In this document: positions 46,184 through 55,916 of the stretch, piece by piece
Layout: each line of letters opens with the position of its first letter
Numbering within the stretch: the stretch's first letter is position 1
NCBI GenBank assembly: GCA_963678065.2
Contig: CAXXVZ010000003.1
Location: 1,280,001 to 1,344,000, forward strand
Reading direction: 5' to 3'
Source: Treponemataceae bacterium
GTDB lineage: Bacteria; Spirochaetota; Spirochaetia; Treponematales; Rectinemataceae
DNA length: 64,000 nt
Made by a program: the position numbers and the translations under genes
Notes under the pieces: generated by a model
Told to the model about the DNA's origin: nothing
The model's database searches: none
The model's input: only the letters and a program-made list of their open reading frames with translations

Positions 46184-47795
46184 TTAGGAATGCAGCCAAG
46201 ACGTTACTCCACTCAAGCCGATGCTTCGCGAGCGTGGGGACATCCCCGCGCGAGACAGCCTCGCTTCGTGCCGCTGCTAGAAGGAGCAATTCAAGCTTCG
46301 CGCGGAGTTGTGGATCACGAGGGGACCCGTTTTCAGAGAGGGGCTTGTATATTTCGCGATAGAAGGGATGGTCGGGGTTGAGCACGAGGACGAGACGGTC
46401 TCCATCTTGCGCGAGGGTGAAAAAGGATGTGTCCTTCACCGCGTGCTCAACGATACTGTACCGATCCTTTTCGTCGACGCGCTCTCGAAGCGCTGGGTGA
46501 CTTTCCTTCAACTCGTGCATCAAGGCCTTGGCTGTTGGATCGACGCTTTGCGGTAGTGGGCGGAGGAGGTGATCACGCTCGTTGGCTATGCGCTCCGCTT
46601 CGGAAAAGCGCTCGCTCGCCTTCACAGCCATGTGCGCCTTGCGTGCGCGGCTATTGAGGACCCGCGCCGTTGTCTCCAAGTCCGGCGTAAGCGCCTCCAA
46701 GAGGTGCGCTTGCGGACGCGCCTGCTGCTTGGTATGAGTGATGCCAAACGCTTCGTCGAGGATCGGATCGAACTGTACCTCACACCGCCACCAATCGTCG
46801 TAGTTCTCTCGGTGCTTGGTGCCCATGAAGAACCAACCATAGTCGACCTCGCGGCCGCCGCGCACGATGGAGATGCCAGCGCCTTTGGAAAGGCCGATGC
46901 GGCGCTTTTCGTCGTTGGAGAGTTTGTACCAAGCGTGGACCGGCAACTCCGAAAAGCGTACATGCACACAACCAGTCGTCCGCGAGTCGACAGGGTCGGC
47001 ACGCACCTCGAAGAGCATCTCCTCGCCGAAGAGTTGCGCGCCCGAGATCTCGGCTTTTGGGCTGAGGTAGAGCGGATCAAATGCCTCGATATTGTCCTCA
47101 TTGATCGTGATGCGCAGGCCTTTCCAGATAAAGTGCCGGAACCGCCGACCGAGTTCGACCTCAAGCTTGTGTACGATCGTGGAGATACGGCGATTATCGA
47201 GCCTGTCACACTGCGACCAGCACACGAGCGTCCCGGCGCTCCCGATGCAACCGCGCGGCGGCGCGCTCACGATCTGCGGTTCGGGGACTTCTGTCATCTC
47301 ACAGCGCATGATCTCATCGACGTCGAGGTAGGAGGAATACACGCATGGACACGACTCGTATCCACGCTGCACCCTACTCTTCGATGCCTGCCAGGTGAAG
47401 ACAGTGACCCTCCGCGCCTGGCTCAGCGAAGCGTTTGGGAGCCCCATCCCGTAGCGTCCGAGCCCTCGACGATCGCCGAAGCGAGTGCTGCCACCGAAAC
47501 GGAGCGCTTGACGCAACGTGGCCGAAGCCATCCCGCAGCCATTGTCGAGCACCGAGACCTCGATCTCCTTCTCCTCGTCGTCGTTAGCCTTGGCCATGAC
47601 GGAGATAGCGATACGTGTCGCACCCGCTTGGATGGAGTTATCGACGAGTTCGGAGATCGCGCTGGCGGTGCCTTTGTACCCAGAGTCGCGTGTCGCCTGG
47701 ATGAACTTATCGAGTGCGATGATCGAATATTGTTCCCGTAGCACCTCGTGTACAGTCTCCCTCGGCACGACTCGTTGCTGTAAGTTACGTGGCAT
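46173..47795 (-). CDS. GHKL (MORC-like) ATPase
   Basis: AISELVDNS, VLDNGCGM, GRYGMGL and GTLV Bergerat motifs plus an S5-like region; overlaps the DruA-like gene. Confidence 0.85.
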   Translation of the reverse strand: MPRNLQQRVVPRETVHEVLREQYSIIALDKFIQATRDSGYKGTASAISELVDNSIQAGATRIAISVMAKANDDEEKEIEVSVLDNGCGMASATLRQALRFGGSTRFGDRRGLGRYGMGLPNASLSQARRVTVFTWQASKSRVQRGYESCPCVYSSYLDVDEIMRCEMTEVPEPQIVSAPPRGCIGSAGTLVCWSQCDRLDNRRISTIVHKLEVELGRRFRHFIWKGLRITINEDNIEAFDPLYLSPKAEISGAQLFGEEMLFEVRADPVDSRTTGCVHVRFSELPVHAWYKLSNDEKRRIGLSKGAGISIVRGGREVDYGWFFMGTKHRENYDDWWRCEVQFDPILDEAFGITHTKQQARPQAHLLEALTPDLETTARVLNSRARKAHMAVKASERFSEAERIANERDHLLRPLPQSVDPTAKALMHELKESHPALRERVDEKDRYSIVEHAVKDTSFFTLAQDGDRLVLVLNPDHPFYREIYKPLSENGSPRDPQLRAKLELLLLAAARSEAVSRGDVPTLAKHRLEWSNVLAAFLNDK

Positions 47796-48117
47796 CTCGT
47801 ATCCCCCTTCAGCGCCGCTGCCGAGTCAATGTCTTTTCGACGAAATTGGAGCGAACCCGTTGGCTCAAGGCTGTTCGGGTACTCGCGGATGGCCTCCACC
47901 TCCGCGCGCGTGAACAGGGCCTTCCAGACGCGCTAGCGTTTTCCCTGCAGGATCTTTCGGGTCACGTACCACCGCCATAACATCTGCCGTACCACGCTGG
48001 GCTCATGTTGAACACCCGCTACGGTGAAATACCAACGCCCTCGATCGTCCTCGACGATTGCACATTATCGCCTACCGTTGCTCAAGGTCAACGGCGTCGC
48101 TTCTTCCTGACAACGAC

Positions 48118-48882
48118 TCAATGTTTCTTTTTTGTATTCGATAGGTTCCTGGCTTGTATCGAAGTCTTCTTTGTGAGGGTGAAGCTTCGGCTATACACCT
48201 CGTTTGGTGTAGCATACTCAAGGGATTGATGAAATCGTTCCTGGTTGAAAAAATTGAAGTAGTTGTCGACGGCGATCTTCAGATCCACGAGGGATTCGTA
48301 CGAGTTCAGGTAAATTTCTTCGTACTTCAGTGACCGCCAGGTCCGCTCGATATAGATGTTGTCCAAAGCCCGGTTGACGCCATCCATGCTGATCTGGATT
48401 CCTTTGGCTTCAAGGACGGATATGAAAGCCTCGGACGTGAACTGGCTCCCTTGGTCGGTGTTGAAGATCCCGGGAGTCCCGTGTACGGTAAGGGCTTCTT
48501 CCAGAGCATCGATGCAGAATCCTACATCCATCGTATTCGAGATTCGCCACGACAGAACCTTCCGTGAAAACAGGTCGATAATCGCCACGAGATAGACATG
48601 AGACCCATTCACCTTCAGGTAGGTCACATTCGTTGCCCATACATGGTTCGCTATCCATATTTTCTTGTCTCGCAATACATACGGGTACTTCTTGTGGTGT
48701 TTCGACGGTTTCGATAGATTCTTGCCGGGAAAGAGAGCCTTGAGTCCTGCCCGCTTCATGATCCGCCTGACCTGCTTGCGCGTGACCATCAGATCCTTAA
48801 GGGCACAGGCTATCCGCCGGTATCCATAGAACGGATGCTTGTTCAATTCTTCGAGAATTGACGTGAGTACGGCCATCCCCAC
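48118..48882 (-). mobile_element. IS3 family transposase OrfB remnant
   Basis: FYGYRRI, IDLFSR, FNTDQGSQFTS, DNIYIER.WRSLKYE and R.HQSL motifs; first catalytic D appears as N (WATNVTY); no OrfA. Confidence 0.85.
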
Positions 48883-48885
48883 TCG

Positions 48886-49218
48886 TCATCCGACTTTACC
48901 GATCTGTAGCAATACGCTGACGCCCATGCTTGCGGCTTGGAGTCCGCGTCTCAGGTCGAGAAGATCACCACACTTGATCATAGCTATGGCACGTTTGGAG
49001 AAAACTGAGTCCTTGAGAATGTGTTTATCAAGGGGGGAGCCGCACTGACTCAGGTGGTTATGCCCGATGTCCTTCCCTTCCTGTCGGTAGCGGATGAAAT
49101 GCGGGCAGGTTTCGGGCTTGAAATATGGCGCAGCATACACGGCAAAGGATTGGGTAGTCTCCTCGGAGCTTTGTTGATCGATGAAGGTGCCCCACATCTG
49201 CGTCCTGACCGCGGCCAA
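48886..49218 (-). pseudogene. Probable N-terminal fragment of a phage-type integrase
   Basis: SFAVYAAPYF...CP...R..EGK...LDKHIL resembles an integrase core-binding region; lies next to the tRNA and is cut by IS3. Confidence 0.45.
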
Positions 49219-49232
49219 CAGGCCAGAATACG

Positions 49233-49262
49233 AAAGAGCCCCGGATTTCTCCGGGGCTCTTT
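49233..49262 (-). terminator. Terminator downstream of tRNA-Asn
   Basis: AAAGAGCCCCGG-N6-CCGGGGCTCTTT hairpin. Confidence 0.75.
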
Positions 49263-49289
49263 CTTTTTACCAGAAAATCACTTAATTAG

Positions 49290-49362
49290 CTCCCCCGCGC
49301 GGGTTCGAACCACGGACCCAGTGGTTAACAGCCACTTGCTCTGCCAGCTGAGCTACAGGGGA
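49290..49362 (-). tRNA. tRNA-Asn (GTT), CCA not encoded
   Basis: TCCCCTGTAGCTCAGCTGGCAGAGCAAGTGGCTGTTAACCACTGGGTCCGTGGTTCGAACCCGCGCGGGGGAG folds into a cloverleaf. Confidence 0.97.
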
Positions 49363-49485
49363 ACGCTTTCTTTCAAAAGCAAGGTGAATCTAGCAAAGCG
49401 CCGAAAAAAAGTCAAGACATTTCATCGATCCGGGATCGGGCCAGACAAAGGGGACGCGATCGTGCGGCGCCCGAAATCGGCGGTC

Positions 49486-51924
49486 TCATTTTTTCTCGCT
49501 CCCGGCTTTTTTCTTCGCCATCCGCGCGAGAAGGCCCTCGCCTGAACCGGGGGCGCCGGGCTCGGGTTCAGGACCGGGTTCCGGCGCGGAGCCCTTTGCC
49601 GGCGCTCCACGCGCGATGGAATCCTCGCGAGAAGGCTTTTTCGTGGAGCCGCCGGATGGCGCGACGCCCTTTTTGGTCGCCGGCTTCGCCTTCGTCGCGG
49701 TTTTTCCTGGGGTCTTCGTCTTTCCACCTTTGTGGAGCCTGCGTCCGAGCGGGACTTTGGCGGCTTCGGGGCTCTCGTCGGTCGGAGTCGCGGACAGAGT
49801 TTCGTCCGCCGTGTCGCCGATATCTCCCGGTTTGGCATCCTGGTCGAAGGAGTCGAGGAGTTCGGGCTGGAAGGGGGAAACGGAGGCGGAGCCGCCCGCC
49901 CCGGAGCCTCTGCCACTCCCGGATGAAGTCGCGGCGCCCACTCCGGAGCCGCTCGTCGCGCCACCCGCGGCGCCATTGGCGGCGCTGTTCGCGGCGATTA
50001 TCGCGCTCACGCCGCAGGGTGGATCGCAGTCCACCGCCGACACTTCGCGGTTGGCGAGCCTGACGCCGGAAGCCTTGAGGCCCTTCTCGTCGTAGCGCGA
50101 GGCGATGAAGCGCGCTTTGTCGACTTTCATTCTGGGCTTGGGCTTGTAGCTCAGGGTGAACTCGAATGCAGGATCGACGGAGAAGGCGAGCACCTGCGCG
50201 TTCTCGGGCACGAGGGAGTAGTCCTTGTTCATGATCCAGCCCTCGACGCGGCAGCGCTTGATGTAGGGGAAGCCGTTCTCGCCGTCGCGGTAGACGACAG
50301 TCATGAGGGCCGCGGCTATCCGCTCCTTGTCGGCTATGGCACAGTGCAGCATGCCCTGATCCACGAAGAGCCTCTCGGGCAAAGGGACGAAGGTGAAGAT
50401 GCCGTTGCGCCTGAGAACCATGAGCCTGTCGAAGGTCGAGACGTCGAAGAGCTTGTCGCCCGAGGAGACAGCCGTGCCGAGGTAGCCGGTCTGGGAGTCG
50501 TAGCGGAGCGCGATGTCGCGCCTCGCGACCTCTTTCGCGTCGATCTTGTGGAAATTGGCGATGGTGGTCTTGCGGGTCCAGTCCTTCTCGAGCTTCTTCT
50601 TTATTCCGGAGAGCAGGGCGACGGCGTAGGCCGTGAGGTGGGCGAGGTGGTGACGCACTTCCGCGAGCCTGTCGGCGAGCCGCTTCATCTCGTCGCGGGC
50701 CTTGTTGATGTCGTAGAGGGATATGCGCCGGATCGGGATCTTGAGAAGGCGCTCGACATCCTCAGGCATGACATCCCGCGCGATCTCGGCGGCGAAGGGT
50801 TTCAGTCCATCCAGGATGGCGCGGACGACGGTTTCCTGGGTTTTTTTGTTCTCGATGGCCTTGTACACGCGCTCCTCGATAAAGATGCGCTCGAGGGTCC
50901 TCGCGTGGATCTCGTCGAGGAGTTCGCTCTCCTCGATGCGGAGCTCGGCCTCGAGGATACCGATGAGCGTCGCGGCGTGGCGCTCGACGATCTTCGTCAC
51001 GGTGGTGACGACCGGTTTATCGTCCTGTATGAGGAGGCAGTTGCAGGAGATCGACTGCTCGCACTCGGTGAAGGCGTACAGAGCGTCGACGACCTCGTCG
51101 GTGTAGACGCCGCGCTGGAGCTTGATCTCGATCTCGACTTTTTCGGTCGTGAAGTCCGATATCGAGGCGATCTTGATGCGCCCGCCCTTGGCCGCGGCCT
51201 CGACGCTCTCGATGAGGCTCTCGGTCGTGGAGCCGAAGGGTATCTCGGTGATGAGGATGCGCTTGGGGTCGGAGGTGTCGAGCTTGGCGCGGACCTTGAC
51301 CTTGCCGTTGCCGTCGGCGTAGTCGCCCACGTCGACGAGGCCCGCGGTCGGAAAGTCGGGCAGGAGGGAGAAGGGCTTGCCCTGGAGGCAGGCGATCTCG
51401 GCCGCGATCACCTCGACGGGGTTGTGCGGGAGTATCCTCGTGCTCATCCCGACGGCGATGCCCTCGGTTCCCGTGAGGAGGATGACGGGGAGCTTGGCGG
51501 GGAAGTACTCCGGCTCCTTGTTGCGCCCGTCGTAGGAATCCGCGTAGCGGGTGATCTTGGGATTGTAGAAGATTTCCTTCGCGAGCGGCGTGGCCCGGCA
51601 CTCGATGTATCTGGCCGCCGAGGCCTCGTCGCCCGTGAAGATGTTGCCGAAGTTCCCCTGCTTGTCGATGAAGAGGTCCTTGTTCGCGAGGACGACGAGG
51701 GCGCCGTAGATGGACTGGTCGCCATGGGGATGGTACTTCATGCAGTGGCCGACGACGTTCGCGACCTTGTGGAACTTGCCGTCGTCCATCTCGAAGAGCG
51801 AGTGCATGATGCGCCTCTGGACAGGCTTGAGTCCGTCCTCGGCGTCGGGGATGGCGCGGTCCTTGATGACGTAGGAGGCGTAGAACAGGAAATTTTCGTT
51901 GAACAGTTTCTTGACGTAGGCCAT
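49486..51924 (-). CDS. parC: DNA topoisomerase IV subunit A
   Basis: RAIPD..DGLKPVQRRI, YHPHGD and AARYIE motifs; start MAYVKK at 51924; low-complexity C-terminal tail. Confidence 0.9.
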   Translation of the reverse strand: MAYVKKLFNENFLFYASYVIKDRAIPDAEDGLKPVQRRIMHSLFEMDDGKFHKVANVVGHCMKYHPHGDQSIYGALVVLANKDLFIDKQGNFGNIFTGDEASAARYIECRATPLAKEIFYNPKITRYADSYDGRNKEPEYFPAKLPVILLTGTEGIAVGMSTRILPHNPVEVIAAEIACLQGKPFSLLPDFPTAGLVDVGDYADGNGKVKVRAKLDTSDPKRILITEIPFGSTTESLIESVEAAAKGGRIKIASISDFTTEKVEIEIKLQRGVYTDEVVDALYAFTECEQSISCNCLLIQDDKPVVTTVTKIVERHAATLIGILEAELRIEESELLDEIHARTLERIFIEERVYKAIENKKTQETVVRAILDGLKPFAAEIARDVMPEDVERLLKIPIRRISLYDINKARDEMKRLADRLAEVRHHLAHLTAYAVALLSGIKKKLEKDWTRKTTIANFHKIDAKEVARRDIALRYDSQTGYLGTAVSSGDKLFDVSTFDRLMVLRRNGIFTFVPLPERLFVDQGMLHCAIADKERIAAALMTVVYRDGENGFPYIKRCRVEGWIMNKDYSLVPENAQVLAFSVDPAFEFTLSYKPKPRMKVDKARFIASRYDEKGLKASGVRLANREVSAVDCDPPCGVSAIIAANSAANGAAGGATSGSGVGAATSSGSGRGSGAGGSASVSPFQPELLDSFDQDAKPGDIGDTADETLSATPTDESPEAAKVPLGRRLHKGGKTKTPGKTATKAKPATKKGVAPSGGSTKKPSREDSIARGAPAKGSAPEPGPEPEPGAPGSGEGLLARMAKKKAGSEKK

Positions 51925-51937
51925 CGCTTGCTTCCTG

Positions 51938-53758
51938 TTACAGGTCGCCCACGAGATTGTCCATGATGAACTCGCGGCGCTCGGGCGTGTTCTTGCCCAT
52001 GTAGAACTCGAGGACCTCGGGGACGGCCTTGATGGTCTGCACATCGACGCGCACGAGGCGGATATCCTCGCCGATGAACTGGCCGAACTCCTTCGGGCTG
52101 ATCTCGCCCAAGCCCTTGAACCGCGTCACCTCGCAGGACTTGCCCAGGGCGGAGACGGCGAGGTCGCGCTCGCGGGCGGAGTAGCAGTACCTCGTCTCCT
52201 TCTTGTCGCGCACGCGGAAGAGTGGCGTCTCGAGTATATGGACCCTGCCTTGCGTGACGAGCTCCTCGAAGAAGGCGAGGAAGAAGGTCAGAAGGAGGTT
52301 GCGTATGTGGAAGCCGTCGTAGTCGGCGTCGGTGGCGATGACGATGCGGCCGTAGCGGAGGTTCGTTATTTCGTTCTCGATGCCGAGGGCCATCATCATG
52401 TTGTAGAGCTCTTCGTTCTTGTAGATGGCCGTGCGCTTCTTGCCGTACATGTTCTCGGGCTTGCCCCTGAGGCTGAAGACCGCCTGGTTGTAGACGTCGC
52501 GGGAGCTGACCATGGAGCCGGCGGCCGACTGGCCCTCGGTGAGGAAGATCATGGAGCCGGCGCCCTTCTCCCCGTCACTGAGGTGGTGCTTGCAGTCCTT
52601 GAGGTTCGGGATCTTGAGCTCGATCTTGCGGGCGGCTTCCTTGGCTTCCTTTTTGACGATGTTGAGCTCGGTGCGGAGCTTCTCGTTGGAGGCGATCTTC
52701 TCCTGGAGCTTCTTGGCGGCCTCGGGGTTGCGCCTGAGGAATTCGTCGACCCCGCGCTTCACTTCCTGCATGATCCAGGGTTTGATCTCGGTGTTGCCCA
52801 GCTTGTTCTTGGTCTGGCTCTCGAACATGGGGTTCTTGAGCTTGATGGCGACGGCCGCGGCCACGCCTTCGCGCACGTCCTCGCCGCGCCAGGAGGAGCG
52901 GAAGAACTCGTTGACGGCCTTGAGGAAGCCTTCGCGGAAGGCGGAGAGGTGGGTCCCGCCGTCCGATGTGTACTGGCCGTTGACGAAGCTGAAGTGCTCC
53001 TCGCCGTAGCCGTTCGTGTGGGTGAAGGAGAACTCGATGCGCTCGCCCTTCCAGTAGCCGATCTCGTAGAGTGCCGATTCGCCGATCTCCGCGTTCAAGA
53101 GGTCGTACAATCCGTTCTGCGAGGCGAAATCGCGCCCGTTCAGGTTGAGGGTGAGGCCTGCGTTGAGGCAGGCGTAGTTCCACATGCGCTTCTCGAGGAA
53201 CTCCATGTTGAAACTGTATTCCCCGAAGATCTCGCGGTCCGGCTCGAACTCGACGAGAAGGCCGTCCTTTTCGCGGGGCGCGATGTCTTCCCGCTGCGAG
53301 ACGATGACGCCGCGCTCGAAGATGGCTTCGAAAAATCGGCCTTCCCGGTAGGAGACGACGCGGAAGCGCGAGGACAGCGCGTTGACCGCCTTGGTTCCGA
53401 CGCCGTTGAGGCCGACGGAGAACTGGAAGACATCGTCGTTGTACTTGGCGCCGGTGTTGATGAGGGAGACGCAGTCCACAACCTTGCCGAGGGGGATGCC
53501 GCGGCCATAGTCGCGGATCTTCACGGTTTCGCCTTCGATCTTGACAACGACCTTCGAGCCTGCGCCCATGATGAACTCGTCGACCGCGTTGTCGACGACT
53601 TCCTTGACGAGTATGTAGATACCGTCGTCCGGATTGGACCCGTCGCCGAGGCGCCCGATGTACATCCCTGTGCGGAGGCGGATGTGCTCGAGGCTCGAGA
53701 GGGTCTTTATCTTGGATTCGTCGTAAACGGCGGAGTTCTTTTTTCCGGATGCTGCCAC
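51938..53758 (-). CDS. parE: DNA topoisomerase IV subunit B
   Basis: EHIRLRTGMYIG, EVVDNAVDE, DYGRGIP, GLNGVG, TEGQSA, DADYDG and RFKGLGE motifs; GTG start at 53758. Confidence 0.9.
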   Translation of the reverse strand: MAASGKKNSAVYDESKIKTLSSLEHIRLRTGMYIGRLGDGSNPDDGIYILVKEVVDNAVDEFIMGAGSKVVVKIEGETVKIRDYGRGIPLGKVVDCVSLINTGAKYNDDVFQFSVGLNGVGTKAVNALSSRFRVVSYREGRFFEAIFERGVIVSQREDIAPREKDGLLVEFEPDREIFGEYSFNMEFLEKRMWNYACLNAGLTLNLNGRDFASQNGLYDLLNAEIGESALYEIGYWKGERIEFSFTHTNGYGEEHFSFVNGQYTSDGGTHLSAFREGFLKAVNEFFRSSWRGEDVREGVAAAVAIKLKNPMFESQTKNKLGNTEIKPWIMQEVKRGVDEFLRRNPEAAKKLQEKIASNEKLRTELNIVKKEAKEAARKIELKIPNLKDCKHHLSDGEKGAGSMIFLTEGQSAAGSMVSSRDVYNQAVFSLRGKPENMYGKKRTAIYKNEELYNMMMALGIENEITNLRYGRIVIATDADYDGFHIRNLLLTFFLAFFEELVTQGRVHILETPLFRVRDKKETRYCYSARERDLAVSALGKSCEVTRFKGLGEISPKEFGQFIGEDIRLVRVDVQTIKAVPEVLEFYMGKNTPERREFIMDNLVGDL

Positions 53759-53811
53759 GGCCGCGATACTAGCACAGGAAGCGGGCGATGAAAAGCGAGC
53801 ACGGCGCCGGC

Positions 53812-55695
53812 CTACATGAAGTCCCTGAGCGACTCGTCGATGCCCTTCCGGACCTCGAACCACCACGAGAGAGCCGCCTCCTTCGAATCGGAGCCGAAGG
53901 CTTCGACCCAGCGGGGCAGGTCGGGATGCTGATCCCGGTCGACTTCAAGCTTGCGCCTGAGGAATGTGGCCATGAACTCGATGTTTTTGGCGCTCTCCCA
54001 GTAGACGGAGGCGTTGCGGCTGTTGATGCGGCTCGCGAGGACGCCGACGGAGGCCAAGAACTCGTCCTTCTTGCCGTACAGGGAACCGAAGATCTCGGGC
54101 ACCATGTCCTCGGCCCAGGCGCGGTGGAAACGGCAGACGCCAGCCTCGTCGAGAACGAGTTCGGCCCTGAGCCGCGCAGCGCAGGCCCGCCCGAGTTCGC
54201 GGGGCGGCATGAACTCGGCGCCGTAATGCATGTAGTACTTGCCCATGATGGCCATGGGAGCGAGGGCGCCGGGAGTCCAGTACTGGTTCGGAACCATCCA
54301 ACCCCTGCGGCCGTTGGCGCAGTAGACGAAGCTGTCCAGGATGCGCAGACCTTTTTCCCGGCGGACCCTGCGCGCCCACTTGCGCGGTCCCTCGGAGAGG
54401 TCGATCGCGCTTCCTGGCTTCAATATCGAGGAAATCAGCTCGAGGCCGAGTTCGGCGTTGTGCATGGAGTCGGCGACGAGGTCGAAGCTCTCCGTCTTCC
54501 AGACGGGCGTCCGCGTGACGCCGAGGTCGGAGGGCGCGAGAAGCTTCTGGTCGAGGCAGTCCATGAGCCAGGCGAGGATGCCGCCCAAGGCGATGCCGTC
54601 GAAGCCGCCGGAGTCGGCCGCGGCGTTGAGCCTTTCGGCGGCTCTCTGATCGAATATTCCGCAGAGCGGCCCCAGAGTCTGGTAGGGCTCGTAGTCCTTC
54701 TTGTACTCGCCCCGCATCTTCTTGCAGACGGCCGCGCAGGGCTCGCCGCAGGTAGCCTGCTGTCTCGGCACTATGGTCTCTTCGTTGAACTGTTTCAGGT
54801 AATGGTCGACGATGAAGCGTCTGTGCAGGTCGAGCCGCTCTTCCTCCGTCCAGGAGTTCGTGCGGTAGTTGAAGGCGATGATGCGCCCTTTCAGCGTCGC
54901 GTAGTTGACGCCGAGGGTGCCGCCGGTCTCGGCCTTGGGGTCGAAGCGGTACTTCGTCGTTCCCTCGAAGTCCTTCACCGCGAGCTTCTGACGGTACTTG
55001 GCCTCGAACCACTCGTCGGCGACCTTGCGGTCCCGGAAGTCCTCGTCCACGACGGTGCCGCCGTAGATGATGGCCGCGATGCCGTGCTCCTGGAGCATCT
55101 TGGAGCCCAGGCCTCCGCGCCCGGCCCAGGTGTCCACCGGGCTCGCGACGCCGTTCTTGACGGGGGCGCTCATGACTGCGCCGAAATCCGTCGCCCGTGC
55201 GGCAGGTCCTGTCACGAGAACGCGGGGGTCGGTCTCGTAGCGGCCCGCGTAGCGCGCGAGGACCCATTCCGTGAGGCCGTAGACCCCTCCCCTTCCGGCG
55301 GCCCAGGCTTCTTTCAGATCGACGGGCGCGACTTCTACCTCGATCTCCTCGCCGTGGCTGCGGTTGAGGTAGAGGACGGAGGGGACCGGCGCCTTTCCGA
55401 CGAGGCTGACCATGTTGAGTCCGAGGTTGTCGAAGACGAGACCTGCGCCCCCCATGCTCGAGATATAGAAACCGCGCCACGATGGAGAGAAGCCCGAGAA
55501 CATGAGGCGATTCGATCCGGGCAGGATTGAGCCGGCGAAGAGACCCGTGCCGATGTTGAGGCTGCGCTCGCGCCCCGCTATGTGGATTCCGAGCCCGACA
55601 GGGCCGAAATACGAGCCGACAGGGTAGCGCCGCATCCTGTAATAGCCGGTGGACGGATCGACGAAAAGCACTTTCTGGGTAGTGTTCACGGACAT
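53812..55695 (-). CDS. W/Mo-pterin aldehyde:ferredoxin oxidoreductase family protein, GAPOR/GOR-like
   Basis: SSMGGAG, WAGRGGLG, KYRFDP...TGGT.G.NY, CGEPCAAVCKK, DYEPY and CRFHR motifs. Confidence 0.8.
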   Translation of the reverse strand: MSVNTTQKVLFVDPSTGYYRMRRYPVGSYFGPVGLGIHIAGRERSLNIGTGLFAGSILPGSNRLMFSGFSPSWRGFYISSMGGAGLVFDNLGLNMVSLVGKAPVPSVLYLNRSHGEEIEVEVAPVDLKEAWAAGRGGVYGLTEWVLARYAGRYETDPRVLVTGPAARATDFGAVMSAPVKNGVASPVDTWAGRGGLGSKMLQEHGIAAIIYGGTVVDEDFRDRKVADEWFEAKYRQKLAVKDFEGTTKYRFDPKAETGGTLGVNYATLKGRIIAFNYRTNSWTEEERLDLHRRFIVDHYLKQFNEETIVPRQQATCGEPCAAVCKKMRGEYKKDYEPYQTLGPLCGIFDQRAAERLNAAADSGGFDGIALGGILAWLMDCLDQKLLAPSDLGVTRTPVWKTESFDLVADSMHNAELGLELISSILKPGSAIDLSEGPRKWARRVRREKGLRILDSFVYCANGRRGWMVPNQYWTPGALAPMAIMGKYYMHYGAEFMPPRELGRACAARLRAELVLDEAGVCRFHRAWAEDMVPEIFGSLYGKKDEFLASVGVLASRINSRNASVYWESAKNIEFMATFLRRKLEVDRDQHPDLPRWVEAFGSDSKEAALSWWFEVRKGIDESLRDFM

Positions 55696-55916
55696 GGACC
55701 TCCCTCGCGAAACGCTCATGACCATCATAGCGCGGCCGCGAGGGCTCTGTCAGGAAGGTGAGCGGATCGACTGAGGGAAAGGCGCGGATCGCCCCTTTTG
55801 GGGCTGGGCGAAGTCCGTATTGCCCCGCCGGAAAACTGAACGGAAGAAGTCTTCCGCCGCCGGCGGGCACAGGCTACACTTGCCGCGAGAGAAACCGTGA
55901 ACGACAGGAGGCCCCC

